The notes under the pieces: model-generated
The model's input: the letters and a program-made list of their open reading frames with translations, nothing else
Databases searched by the model: none
Told to the model about the DNA's origin: nothing
Part shown: positions 49,239 to 58,996 of the stretch, in pieces
Position numbering within the stretch: position 1 is the first letter of the stretch
How the letters are laid out: the number at the start of each line of letters is the position of its first letter
Assembly: GCA_965209035.1 (NCBI GenBank)
Contig: OZ242372.1
Location: 736,001-800,000 of the forward strand
Source of the DNA: Gammaproteobacteria bacterium
GTDB taxonomy: Bacteria; Pseudomonadota; Gammaproteobacteria; CBDBNL01; JAAOII01
Direction: 5' to 3'
DNA length: 64,000 nucleotides
Position numbers and translations under genes: made by a program

Positions 49239-50860
49239 ATTGATTCGGCTTCAACGCCGCCGTAGTTGATCCCGGTTAAGCGGACCATATCGTAATTAAA
49301 TGTTGTGAGATCCTCGGTACAAAACTGACTTAAATGATCATGCCCGCAAGCCCGAGCCAACACTTGCATCAACTTGACGGAAGCATCAAAAAAGGTGGCA
49401 AGTCGCTTCGCCGATTCTTTAATAATTAACCTTGCCCGCAAATCCTTTTGCTGAGTTGCTATGCCGACCGGACAATTATTGGTATGGCACGCACGCATAC
49501 CCAAACAGCCGATGGCTTGAATGGCTGCGTTTGAAACGGCAATCCCATCCGCGCCCAATGCGAGTGCCTTGGCAAAGTCTGCGGGAACACGCAAACCGCC
49601 CGTAATGATGAGAGTGACATCCGGTCGTGCCATTTTATTCAAGTGTCGGCGTGCCCTGGCCAATGCGGGTATGGTCGGTACGGAAATATGATCGCGAAAA
49701 ATAACCGGTGCCGCGCCGGTGCCGCCGCCGCGCCCATCCAAAATAATGTAATTGACGCCTATGTCCAACGCGGCATCTATGTCCTTTTCTATGTTTTGTG
49801 CCGAAAGCTTATAGCCGATGGGGATCCCGCCTGTCTCTTCTTTAACCATATCCGCAAAGTCACGCATCCGGCTGATGTCTTCCCAGTCCGGAAAACTGGC
49901 CGGTGATATGGCGGGAGTGCCGGGTTTGAGACCGCGCACCTTGGCAATCTTGCCGGCAACCTTACTGCCGGAAAGATGTCCGCCCGTACCGGTCTTTGCC
50001 GCCTGACCGCCTTTGAAATGAAATGCTTGACACTTTTTCACTTTATCCATACCATAACCAAACCGCGCCGAAGCCAATTCGTAAAAATAACGCCGACATG
50101 CCTGTTGCTCCTCCGCCAGCATACCACCCTCGCCGCTGCATATGCCGGTACCCGACATTTCGGCCCCTTGAGCCAATGCCAGTTTCGCCTCCTCGGAAAG
50201 AGCGCCAAAACTCATATCCGAAACAAAAAGCGGGATTTTTAATTTCAACGGTTTTTTGGCCGTAGCCCCTATCACCAGATCCGTCCCTACGGTAGAATCG
50301 TCCAACAGAGGAAACTTATGCAGTTGCGCGGTGACAAACTGTATGTCATCCCACCGAGGCAACTGATCATAGGGGACGCCCATCGCCGCCATAGGGCCAT
50401 GATGACCGGCATCCAGTCCGTGTTTTGCAAGGTGTTGTATCTCCTTGTTATGCGGTTCGGCGGCTCTGAACTTCTCATCACTATGATCGGCATACTGACC
50501 GAGATAGGTATTGCGAGCGTAGGGTTGCGGATTATCTTTCTCCCATGCGGAAATTTGATCTTCGTCCACCCAAACCTTATCATCTTCCACCCAAGCATTG
50601 AACTTGGCCAACCTTTCCGTCGGGTTATAAGAACTGATACCCGTGTCATAACGAAAATCCCAGCCATGCAATCCGCAGATGAGGTTATCGCCTTCAATTG
50701 CTCCGTCCGCAAGCAATCCGCCGCGATGCAAGCAACGCCCGTAAAGAACCGAAATTTTGTCGTCATAACGGACGACTACCAGATCCACATTGGCAACCAG
50801 AGCGGCTGTCGGCTGACGATCCTTAAGCAGACTCCAAGAACAAATACTCTTTTTTCTCAT
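49235..50860 (-). CDS. Rieske domain-fused FMN-binding glutamate synthase-family protein
   Basis: CLHRG...CGLHG; MSFGALS, GEGG, GQAAK.G.GG.L, DG.GGGTGAAP, C.GMRACHTNNCPVGIATQ. Confidence 0.88.
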   Translation of the reverse strand: MRKKSICSWSLLKDRQPTAALVANVDLVVVRYDDKISVLYGRCLHRGGLLADGAIEGDNLICGLHGWDFRYDTGISSYNPTERLAKFNAWVEDDKVWVDEDQISAWEKDNPQPYARNTYLGQYADHSDEKFRAAEPHNKEIQHLAKHGLDAGHHGPMAAMGVPYDQLPRWDDIQFVTAQLHKFPLLDDSTVGTDLVIGATAKKPLKLKIPLFVSDMSFGALSEEAKLALAQGAEMSGTGICSGEGGMLAEEQQACRRYFYELASARFGYGMDKVKKCQAFHFKGGQAAKTGTGGHLSGSKVAGKIAKVRGLKPGTPAISPASFPDWEDISRMRDFADMVKEETGGIPIGYKLSAQNIEKDIDAALDIGVNYIILDGRGGGTGAAPVIFRDHISVPTIPALARARRHLNKMARPDVTLIITGGLRVPADFAKALALGADGIAVSNAAIQAIGCLGMRACHTNNCPVGIATQQKDLRARLIIKESAKRLATFFDASVKLMQVLARACGHDHLSQFCTEDLTTFNYDMVRLTGINYGGVEAESI

Positions 50861-50877
50861 TGCGATTATTATACACT

Positions 50878-51723
50878 CTACTCGTGATATTTTCTATAAA
50901 AGTGATGCAACGGGCCGTTTCCCTTGCCAATTTTTAAATCTTTACCCGCCGTTATGGCTCCGGTAACATATTTTTTAGAATGCTCTACGGCCGCCGGCAA
51001 GGAGTGCCCGCGTGCCAAGTAAGCACAAATAGCCGAAGACAGGGTGCAGCCGCTGCCGTGTGTGTGTGTTGTATCCTGCCTCGGGGCGGAAAACTTGCGA
51101 ATAGGGGACCCAATAGAGGAGGACCCATCCAGTAACCAGTCGTCCGAAGTGACACCGGACGAATGACCTCCCTTAATCAAGACCGCGGGAGCACCCAGTT
51201 TTCTCAAGGATGCGGCCGCTTCGGGGATGTTTGAAATCACCTCTTCCGGCCTGATGCCCAGAAGTGCCGCAGACTCGGGGATATTTGGTGTCACGATGCA
51301 AGACAACGGAAAGATTTCACCTATTAGCGAAGAAATTGCATCACCGGCAAGAAGTTTTGCACCGCCTTGGGAAAGAAGCACAGGATCCAACACAATGTTT
51401 TTCCAATTCGTCCGCCTCAACTCTTTGGCAACTTCCGAGATAATTCGCTTATTCGCCAGCATCCCAATCTTAACCGAATGGATATGCATATCCTTGGCAA
51501 CCGTTTGCATCTGAAGACGGACAAATTGTGGCGCAACCTCGGCGACGCCCGCCACCTCGCAAGTATTTTGCGCGGTCAAAGCGGTAATCACGGAAGCGGC
51601 ATATACTCCCAAAGCGGAAAATGTCTTAATGTCGGCCTGAATTCCGGCACCGCCTCCCGAATCCGAACCCGCAATCGTCACGGCTACGGGAATCCCCGCT
51701 ACCATGACCGAAGTTCTTCGCAC
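50878..51723 (-). CDS. thiD: HMP/HMP-P kinase
   Basis: TIAGSDSGGGAGIQAD.KT, TPN..E, KGGH, HG.GCTLS. Confidence 0.95.
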   Translation of the reverse strand: MRRTSVMVAGIPVAVTIAGSDSGGGAGIQADIKTFSALGVYAASVITALTAQNTCEVAGVAEVAPQFVRLQMQTVAKDMHIHSVKIGMLANKRIISEVAKELRRTNWKNIVLDPVLLSQGGAKLLAGDAISSLIGEIFPLSCIVTPNIPESAALLGIRPEEVISNIPEAAASLRKLGAPAVLIKGGHSSGVTSDDWLLDGSSSIGSPIRKFSAPRQDTTHTHGSGCTLSSAICAYLARGHSLPAAVEHSKKYVTGAITAGKDLKIGKGNGPLHHFYRKYHE

Positions 51724-52391
51724 ATTTGCTCGGCGATTGATCGCGGATCTTTTGCAAACGCGAGACCTTCAAACAAAACAATGCCGTCCGGCCGAAGCGG
51801 GCGCAATGACCGAAGATTCCGTGCATTGATACCGCCTATACAAAATATAGGCACGGCACTTCGTTTGCGTACTTCGGCTATCACCCGCCTTGCTCCCACA
51901 ACACCCAAAATTGGCAGGCCCGGTTTTGTGCGGCTGGGAAACATACAACCGAGAGAAACATAATCCAATTCCGCATACGGGGCCATTTGGGCATGCAATT
52001 CGGAATGCAAAGTCTGGCCGATTACGGCGGAACTTCCGAGCAGTCGTCGCGCCCTGCCGACCGGCATATCGGTTTGTCCCAGATGGACACCGTCCGCTTG
52101 GATCTTCCGACAAAGAGCAACATCGTCATTAATAAGAAACAGGGCTGCGCGCCTGGCACAGATTTTTTTTAATTCCAAAAGAACCTCCGTATCTTCGGCA
52201 GTTTCGGCAGGCTCGTCCGCCACAGCGCGCCATTGAACAATTCCGACACCTCCCGCCAGAACCGAAGGAACCAAAGATGCCAAATCATCGCGAGACGCGC
52301 GAGACGCATTCGCCAAAAAGTAAATGCACGGTATCTTATCCTTTAAGGAAGACTGCTTAGGGAACATATCCCCCGCCCATTTGCCGAACAT
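51699..52391 (-). CDS. thiE: Thiamine-phosphate synthase
   Basis: INDD, ADGVHLGQTD, FP..TK, IGGI. Confidence 0.88.
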   Translation of the reverse strand: MFGKWAGDMFPKQSSLKDKIPCIYFLANASRASRDDLASLVPSVLAGGVGIVQWRAVADEPAETAEDTEVLLELKKICARRAALFLINDDVALCRKIQADGVHLGQTDMPVGRARRLLGSSAVIGQTLHSELHAQMAPYAELDYVSLGCMFPSRTKPGLPILGVVGARRVIAEVRKRSAVPIFCIGGINARNLRSLRPLRPDGIVLFEGLAFAKDPRSIAEQMCEELRSW

Positions 52392-53307
52392 ATAACCCTA
52401 TCCCCAGCAAAAATCTGTAAGATCTGCGCATCCCGTTATACAAGAACGGTAACTTACCATTCAACCACTCTTTCCAGGAGGCTCTTCTATAGCCAGCCGG
52501 TCGCCCGGTGATCGTGGAGTTTTGAAAAAAATATGCCGTCGTTTGTACCACCTTTGGATTGACACCGGCAATACCGTATCTTTTATCATAAACACCCAAG
52601 GTTAATAACAAATCCAAGGGCAGACGCATGGGCATAGACAGTTCCAATAATTTTTTTACCCCCCTCAATGTGATCAAATATCCATGGCTACCCAAGGGAA
52701 CCACTACAAAATGACCCAACTCATAAGGATGATTTAATTTAACCCGCCCCCACAAAGACAAGGGAGTTTCCTCATCCTTAAGAGAGCGGGCACCCCAATA
52801 CAAATGACCCAGGAAGATTAATTCATACCTGAGATCTTGCTTTACCAAGTGTAAAATGAATTCGCCAAAGCCTGGCATGAGTTGTGCGTCATCTTCCAAA
52901 ATAACGGCAAAAGGGTTATTCTCATGAATCATATGGCTATATATTTTCATATGGCTCAAAAAGCAACCCACCTCACCGGCCGTCAAAGGGCGCGGCAACA
53001 TCGCTTTTTCAACTTTAATTTTCTTTCGCTTTTTGGGGACCACAAAATGATGGAGACGCACCATCATGTCTTGCTCGGAACTCGCATATTCCCGCTTAAT
53101 TTCATTATAGTTATCTGTGACCTCTTCTCCCAACTTGACACCGTCCACGGCATCCACAAAACCGTAAAAAACTTTTTCTCTCGTTAACTGGTTTTCTATA
53201 CTACGCCGCCTTTCCTCACTTTGTCGCATATTAACGACATACACAGGCGGATAACCCGCCCTTTTGTCCGTCCTCTTGTACTGTGTATTGCGATACTCTA
53301 TCGTCAT
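52357..53307 (-). CDS. Glycosyltransferase family 25
   Basis: YVVN...S.ERR, F.DAVDG, GE.GC.LSH, ILEDD, Y.I...G..KLL, P.D. Confidence 0.88.
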   Translation of the reverse strand: MTIEYRNTQYKRTDKRAGYPPVYVVNMRQSEERRRSIENQLTREKVFYGFVDAVDGVKLGEEVTDNYNEIKREYASSEQDMMVRLHHFVVPKKRKKIKVEKAMLPRPLTAGEVGCFLSHMKIYSHMIHENNPFAVILEDDAQLMPGFGEFILHLVKQDLRYELIFLGHLYWGARSLKDEETPLSLWGRVKLNHPYELGHFVVVPLGSHGYLITLRGVKKLLELSMPMRLPLDLLLTLGVYDKRYGIAGVNPKVVQTTAYFFQNSTITGRPAGYRRASWKEWLNGKLPFLYNGMRRSYRFLLGIGLYVRQMGGGYVP

Positions 53308-53324
53308 GACCGGCGATGATTCTT

Positions 53325-54944
53325 TCAGTCCCGGCGCATTTGTGCGTCCCCGGATAAATCCGGATAAGGATCCTCCAGTTCCGCAAGAGCGGCGCGTAGT
53401 TCCGGGCGCAAAAAATACACATGTTCCGACTTGGCAAAGACCCGGGCAAAATGATTCCTACCCCAAGTATTATCACCGTGATAGGTGTAAATATACAATT
53501 CCGGAAAATCCAAAATCACAACGCGTTTGCGTTTGGCAAGCCGATGAACCGCCCAATAGTCCTCACCGCGCCGCATACGCGGGTACCGGGACAGGGCACT
53601 CTTGCGCGCCAACATCGTCCCCTCCCACAGACGGCTGCCGGAAATCGCCAAAGCAAGCGGCTTTCGACTATAAAGGATTTCACGCAACAAAAAGCACGCA
53701 TCGGCATCACAGGACTGACAGGCGGATAACTGATAAGATATTTTTTGCGGATGATACAGATCATCGTCATCCCATTGGCAAACATATTCGCCGTTTGCCA
53801 AAGTGATGGCGCGGTTACGCAGGGCCCCCAACGAAGTCGCCTTTTCATTGCGAAAATACTTAATTTCCGGACTGTTAATTTTTTTCAATTCCAGATAAAA
53901 TCTGTCATCTCCTTCGTCTATGACGATCAACTCTTTTGGAAAATAGTCTTGCCGTAAAAAACATCGGACCGCCCGCATCGCCAACCCGGGACGCTCTTTG
54001 GTGATCAACAAGGCGGAAACCAGCGGTTTTAATTTTCCTTGGGCTAATTTCCGCGCGGCATCCGAACAAGAAAAATCTTTTATATCCCGGACAATACGCC
54101 CGCGATCCAAAATCAGAACACGGCTCAGAACAGGGCTCAGAATACGGTATTGCTTCTCTCTTTTTGGGATGTTCACCCGGACATCATCCGTCGGATGCTT
54201 GGCAAGATATGCGCGCAACTGAAAGTTTGGCAAGAATAAGGGCAAAAAAATCTTCGCCAGTTTTTTCAACAAACGGACGGCAGCCTCCTTATACCAAGGG
54301 CGGATCCACCAGCTGCCGTGCCAGTGATGCACGGCATATGCCGTTTGCCCCGCATTAATTGTCTTGCTCGGGTTCAATTCAAAATGATCGTGTTTTTCCA
54401 AAGGCAAGATTGGCCGAAACTCCGTGTGCGCCCTCGTCAACATAAAGGGACCCGTAGCATCCAAGGGATCCCAGTCATCCTTGGCAATCTGCAAATGCTC
54501 TGTGACCCGCTTCCAAAAGGGATGTCCGGCCGCCGAAGCCATCAAAGCATTGGAAACCACATAAGAGAAACCTCGGCACTTTGATTTCCCGGTCCGCACA
54601 CGCTCCAAGGGTTCCGGCACCAATAAAATGCTCTTTTGTTGCAATAACGCATCAAGCGGACAAAGACTCTCGTAATCCAAATCCGCATAAACGCCGCCGT
54701 AATGATAAAGAAGATAGTAACGAAACGCGTCCACTCGCATAATTGCTTTCGGATAAGCATCAAAAGTGGCAAGAAATGCCGGATAGTACCGAACAAAAAA
54801 ATCCCGTATATCCGCGTCTGTCCAGAATCGGTGTTCCCAATCCGGATGGTTCCTTAACCACCCCTTCCGCAACCCTGCCAAGTACCTCGGCAAACGCCGA
54901 GTGGAATAGGTCTGATGTAAGATCTTGGGTATTTCGGATGACAT
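53325..54944 (-). CDS. Two-domain glycosyltransferase: GT32-like (DxD) plus GT2
   Basis: IPKILHQT, D.FRY..LY.YGGVYADLD, TGP; then PLVS.L, QDY..KELIVID, LG.LRN, WDDDD. Likely start 54944. Confidence 0.82.
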   Translation of the reverse strand: MSSEIPKILHQTYSTRRLPRYLAGLRKGWLRNHPDWEHRFWTDADIRDFFVRYYPAFLATFDAYPKAIMRVDAFRYYLLYHYGGVYADLDYESLCPLDALLQQKSILLVPEPLERVRTGKSKCRGFSYVVSNALMASAAGHPFWKRVTEHLQIAKDDWDPLDATGPFMLTRAHTEFRPILPLEKHDHFELNPSKTINAGQTAYAVHHWHGSWWIRPWYKEAAVRLLKKLAKIFLPLFLPNFQLRAYLAKHPTDDVRVNIPKREKQYRILSPVLSRVLILDRGRIVRDIKDFSCSDAARKLAQGKLKPLVSALLITKERPGLAMRAVRCFLRQDYFPKELIVIDEGDDRFYLELKKINSPEIKYFRNEKATSLGALRNRAITLANGEYVCQWDDDDLYHPQKISYQLSACQSCDADACFLLREILYSRKPLALAISGSRLWEGTMLARKSALSRYPRMRRGEDYWAVHRLAKRKRVVILDFPELYIYTYHGDNTWGRNHFARVFAKSEHVYFLRPELRAALAELEDPYPDLSGDAQMRRD

Positions 54945-54951
54945 AAAAGCC

Positions 54952-55770
54952 TTAGTCTCCAAGAAGTTGTCTCCTAAGGCGCCCCAGTTTTCTGCGAGTG
55001 ACGCTGATCGGAAATTCCACCGCATAATAAAGATACTTATTGAGCCTTGGAAACGGACCAAAATCTTGAGCCGTATCACTAAACAAATAACCGCTACTAA
55101 AAGTCCCTTGCCAGCCGATGTGTTGAACTACGGAAGGTTTGGCGGCTAATATTCGGTAACCGCGTTGCGACATCCGCCAAACCACGAGTTCATCCCAACT
55201 GTTCTGTAAGGGTAGGAATAATTTTTTGTACAAAGCGACAGAAAAAAAGAGACTAACCCCGCCGATGTCCGCCTTTTGACAGTAATTGGCAGTTTCTTTC
55301 AAATTTTTCTTTCTTAAAGAATTAAATCCCGAGAGCAGGATGTTTGGTTTATCTGTCTGTTTTTCATACAAAGAACGCAAGACAAGTAGCCAGTTTTTTT
55401 TGACAATCGTATCCGAATCCAGCACCGCCAGATAAGAGCATTCAAAATGGGACAAGGCGTAATTGAAAGCAAACATTAAGTTATGATGCAGCGTATCGAA
55501 CAACCCGGCCTGCGGCATTCTATTTCTGCGTGTTATCCGCAAACAGTCCGCTTGCGGATGACGAAATTTTTTGATCAATTGCAGTGTCTCGGCGTCGTCG
55601 CTGCCGTCATCAAAAAAAATAAGCAAAGTCGCCGACAATTGGGAAGCACGCACAGACTCCAAGCAACGTTTCAAGTATTTCGGTCTGTTGAATACAGGTA
55701 TCACCACGCAAACTCGATAAGAAGAAGCAAGCAGATCTCCGTTCCAAGAGATCAGATAATCGTGTTTCAT
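54952..55770 (-). CDS. GT2/GT-A glycosyltransferase (copy 2)
   Basis: VIPVFNRP.YL, DDGS, LDSD, S.VQHIG. Confidence 0.85.
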   Translation of the reverse strand: MKHDYLISWNGDLLASSYRVCVVIPVFNRPKYLKRCLESVRASQLSATLLIFFDDGSDDAETLQLIKKFRHPQADCLRITRRNRMPQAGLFDTLHHNLMFAFNYALSHFECSYLAVLDSDTIVKKNWLLVLRSLYEKQTDKPNILLSGFNSLRKKNLKETANYCQKADIGGVSLFFSVALYKKLFLPLQNSWDELVVWRMSQRGYRILAAKPSVVQHIGWQGTFSSGYLFSDTAQDFGPFPRLNKYLYYAVEFPISVTRRKLGRLRRQLLGD

Positions 55771-55927
55771 TTAAAGAATTTTCCCGACAGCCCGACAGAA
55801 TGCCCAATTCTTGGAAAAGCGACGAGATACGTGCCTAATTCCGGGGGCACAGAATGGTCATCCCGATTTGCTGCGCGCATACCGCCCAAGCGACGGGGAT
55901 GCTTGGCACACCGTATTTCCTGCCGCT

Positions 55928-56755
55928 TCAATTTCCAAGAAGGTGTCTCTTAATGCGTCCCAGTTTTCCGCGAATAAATCTGATCGGAAAATCCGTCGCA
56001 TAATAAAGAAACTTGTTGAACCTTGGAAACGGACCAAAATCCGCCGCCCTTTCGCTAAAAAAATAGCCGCCGCTGAAGGTTCCTCGTTTTCCTATGTGCT
56101 GAATCACGGAAGGTCTGGATGCCAACATCCGGTAACCGCGTTCGGACATCCTGCGCGACAGGCAATCGTCCCAATAGGGCTCCATAGGAACAAATATCTT
56201 TGTATAAAAAGCAACGGAAAAAAAGAGACCCACTCCGTTTAAGAGATTGACTTGATAGTAATCTGCGGTCTCTTTCAAAATTTTCTTCCGTAATGAACTT
56301 AAGGATGTAAACCCCGAAAGGATCATGTTTGGTTTATCGACTTGCTTTTCATATAAAGAACGCAAGACAAGCAACCAATTCTTTTTGACAATCGTATCCG
56401 AATCCAGAACCGCCAGATAAGAGCATTCAAAGTGAGACAGTGCATAATTGAAAGCAAACATTAAGTTATGATGCAGCGTATCCAACAACCCGGACTGTGG
56501 CAGTCTATTTCTGCGTTTTATCCGCAAGCAGTCCGCTTGGGGATGACGAAATTTTGTTAGCAATTGCAGTGTCTCGGCATCGTCGCTGCCGTCATCAAAA
56601 AAAATAAGCAAAGTCGCCGGTAATTGGGAAGCGCACACAGATTCCAAGCAACGTTTCAAGTATTCCGGTCTGTTGAATACCGGGATCACCACGCAGAATC
56701 TATAAGAATGTGCGAGAAGATCTTCGTTCCCGGAAATCAGATAATCATGTTTCAC
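55928..56755 (-). CDS. GT2/GT-A glycosyltransferase (copy 1)
   Basis: Close paralogue of 54952-55770 with the same motifs. Confidence 0.85.
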   Translation of the reverse strand: MKHDYLISGNEDLLAHSYRFCVVIPVFNRPEYLKRCLESVCASQLPATLLIFFDDGSDDAETLQLLTKFRHPQADCLRIKRRNRLPQSGLLDTLHHNLMFAFNYALSHFECSYLAVLDSDTIVKKNWLLVLRSLYEKQVDKPNMILSGFTSLSSLRKKILKETADYYQVNLLNGVGLFFSVAFYTKIFVPMEPYWDDCLSRRMSERGYRMLASRPSVIQHIGKRGTFSGGYFFSERAADFGPFPRFNKFLYYATDFPIRFIRGKLGRIKRHLLGN

Positions 56756-56892
56756 TTTTTACCGAACTTTTTAATCGACCAACACGCAAAAAATACAATG
56801 GCAATAGCATCACCAACAGAATAAAACGGACATAGGGTTTCCAATTTTTAAAGCCCGCTTATAAATGAAACAAAAACCAATACTCGCCACTT

Positions 56893-57417
56893 CTATCTTG
56901 TCCCTCCGTGAGTTCCGGCAGAACTGATCTTTTTTCGTTTAATCACAAAAAAAGATTGCAGCAGATCCGCAGATTCCTCCTTACAAACACCCGAGCGAGA
57001 CATGGGTTTCCATGAGAGCATCTGTGTGTCGGTCAAACACCCCCGGCTGACCACTGCGCCGGTTTTCGGCTCCGGCAAAGCATAAACAATCGCGACAATG
57101 CGCGCATGTGATGCCGCCGCCAGACACATCGCACAGGGTTCCAGAGTAACATAAAGAATACAATCCGTCAAACGATAGTTTCCCTCAAAAGCACCGGCTT
57201 GGCGCATAGCCAGGATCTCGGCATGCCCGGTGGGGTCCGATGTTGCAATCATCCGGTTGTGCCCCCTCCCTATTATCTTGTTCTGTTTAACAATCACAGC
57301 ACCCACGGGCACCTCATCAACAGACATTGCCAACCGGGCCTCCCGTATGGCAGCCTGCATCCAGTGGGTGTCTTCTTTTTCAGAACGCGTATTTGGTCTC
57401 GGTGAGCTGCCTTTCAT
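56893..57417 (-). CDS. tadA: tRNA adenosine(34) deaminase
   Basis: EVPVGAV, HAE, LYVTLEPCAMC, LL..FF. Confidence 0.92.
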   Translation of the reverse strand: MKGSSPRPNTRSEKEDTHWMQAAIREARLAMSVDEVPVGAVIVKQNKIIGRGHNRMIATSDPTGHAEILAMRQAGAFEGNYRLTDCILYVTLEPCAMCLAAASHARIVAIVYALPEPKTGAVVSRGCLTDTQMLSWKPMSRSGVCKEESADLLQSFFVIKRKKISSAGTHGGTR

Positions 57418-57436
57418 ATTCGGATGTCCGCCCGGC

Positions 57437-58996
57437 TCATTCCCACTCTATGGTTGCCGGCGGTTTGGAAGAGCAATCATAAACAACCCGACCGACATCT
57501 TTGACCTCATTGATGATGCGCGTTGCCGTCCGGTGCAAAAAAGGACCGGGCAGATCCGCCACAGCCGCTGTCATGAAATCCTCGGTCACTACGGCTCGCA
57601 AAGCAATCACATATCCGTAAGAGCGTTCATCCCCGCCCACGCCCACGGAACGTATCGGCAAAAACACACAAAATGCCTGACTCACCTTGCGATCATAGCC
57701 GGCCGCCCGCAATTCCTCCAGGTAAATACGATCGGCGGAACGCAAAATCTCCGCATGCTTGCGGTTAACCCGCCCCATAATTCGCACCGCCAACCCGGGG
57801 CCCGGGAAAGGATGCCGCATCAACAAAGAATCCGGTATCCCCAATTCTTTGCCCAGGCGACGCACCTCGTCTTTGAACAGCATTCTAAGCGGCTCCAACA
57901 ATCGTAACTTCATCTTAGCCGGCAAGCCGCCGACATTATGATGCGATTTAATCACCCGAGCGTCCGCAACGGCCGCGGATTCAATCACATCCGGATAAAT
58001 GGTCCCTTGGACTAACCAGTCGGCTCCCCCCACCTTCCGCACCTCTTTTTCAAAAACGCGAATAAAATTCTTACCGATGATCATCCTCTTTTTTTCGGGG
58101 TCCTGTGCGGTCCGCAAAGCATCAAAAAATAACCGCACGGCATTCACCTTGCGCACCTTAATATTCATCAGGGTCTTCAGTTCCCGCACAACTTGATCCG
58201 CTTCGCCGCAGCGAAGCAGACCCGTATCCACCAAAATGGGCCTAATTCTGTTGCCCAGGGCGCGTGCCGCCAGAACACAGGCAACGGTCGAATCCACGCC
58301 ACCGGAAAGTGCGATAATGGCGTTCTCCTTTTCACCCACTTTGTCTTGCATATCGGTTAGGATCTCATCAATAATGTGTCCTTCCGTCCAAGAAGGACGG
58401 CAACCGCATATGCGGGCAAAATTGACAAGAATTTTTGTTCCGCCGACAGTATGTGAAACCTCCGGGTGAAACTGAACCGCATAGATTTTTTGGGCGGAGG
58501 ATTCAAACGCCGCGATCTGTCCGTCCGCATTACGGGCTGTGCATACAAATCCCGCCGGCAAGGATTGCACTTCGTCACCGTGGCTCATCCAAACTTTGCG
58601 CGTGCCGGGCGATTGCATTCCGCGCCAAAGAAGCCCCCCTTTTTCAAGAGAGACCTCGCTCGCACCATACTCACCGCCCTGCCCCTCGCCGACAGTGCCC
58701 CGATAAAAGTTTGCCAACAGGTGCATCCCATAGCATATGCCCAACACCGGCGGATGCTCGCGCCCGCCCAACACGAATTCCCGGACGGCGACATCCGCAT
58801 CGTCCGCCGCGGATCTGTAACTGCCGGCAAGAATAATGCCCGCCCCCTTAAAAGAATGCAAGGTATTTTCTTTGAGAGCGGACCGCGGTGTAACAGTCGC
58901 ATAATAACCGGCCTGCCGCAACCTTCTGGCGATTAATTGCGTGTATTGCGAACCAAAATCAACGATTAACAATTCGTCATTATTATTATGATTCAT
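57437..58996 (-). CDS. guaA: GMP synthase
   Basis: DFGSQYTQLI, GICYG, QFHPE, SGGVDS, KPPATIEWE. Confidence 0.97.
   Translation of the reverse strand: MNHNNNDELLIVDFGSQYTQLIARRLRQAGYYATVTPRSALKENTLHSFKGAGIILAGSYRSAADDADVAVREFVLGGREHPPVLGICYGMHLLANFYRGTVGEGQGGEYGASEVSLEKGGLLWRGMQSPGTRKVWMSHGDEVQSLPAGFVCTARNADGQIAAFESSAQKIYAVQFHPEVSHTVGGTKILVNFARICGCRPSWTEGHIIDEILTDMQDKVGEKENAIIALSGGVDSTVACVLAARALGNRIRPILVDTGLLRCGEADQVVRELKTLMNIKVRKVNAVRLFFDALRTAQDPEKKRMIIGKNFIRVFEKEVRKVGGADWLVQGTIYPDVIESAAVADARVIKSHHNVGGLPAKMKLRLLEPLRMLFKDEVRRLGKELGIPDSLLMRHPFPGPGLAVRIMGRVNRKHAEILRSADRIYLEELRAAGYDRKVSQAFCVFLPIRSVGVGGDERSYGYVIALRAVVTEDFMTAAVADLPGPFLHRTATRIINEVKDVGRVVYDCSSKPPATIEWE

Noticed and set aside
49235-50860. 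Canonical glutamate synthase gltB
   Set aside because: Only 541 aa, no amidotransferase domain and no gltD nearby.
55771-55927. Spacer between the duplicated GTs as a remnant of the GT32 gene
   Set aside because: I could see no similarity to the sequence following the second copy beyond the stop codon.
56753-56890. 45-codon hydrophobic ORF between tadA and the GT
   Set aside because: No clear RBS or recognisable homology; cannot be supported.
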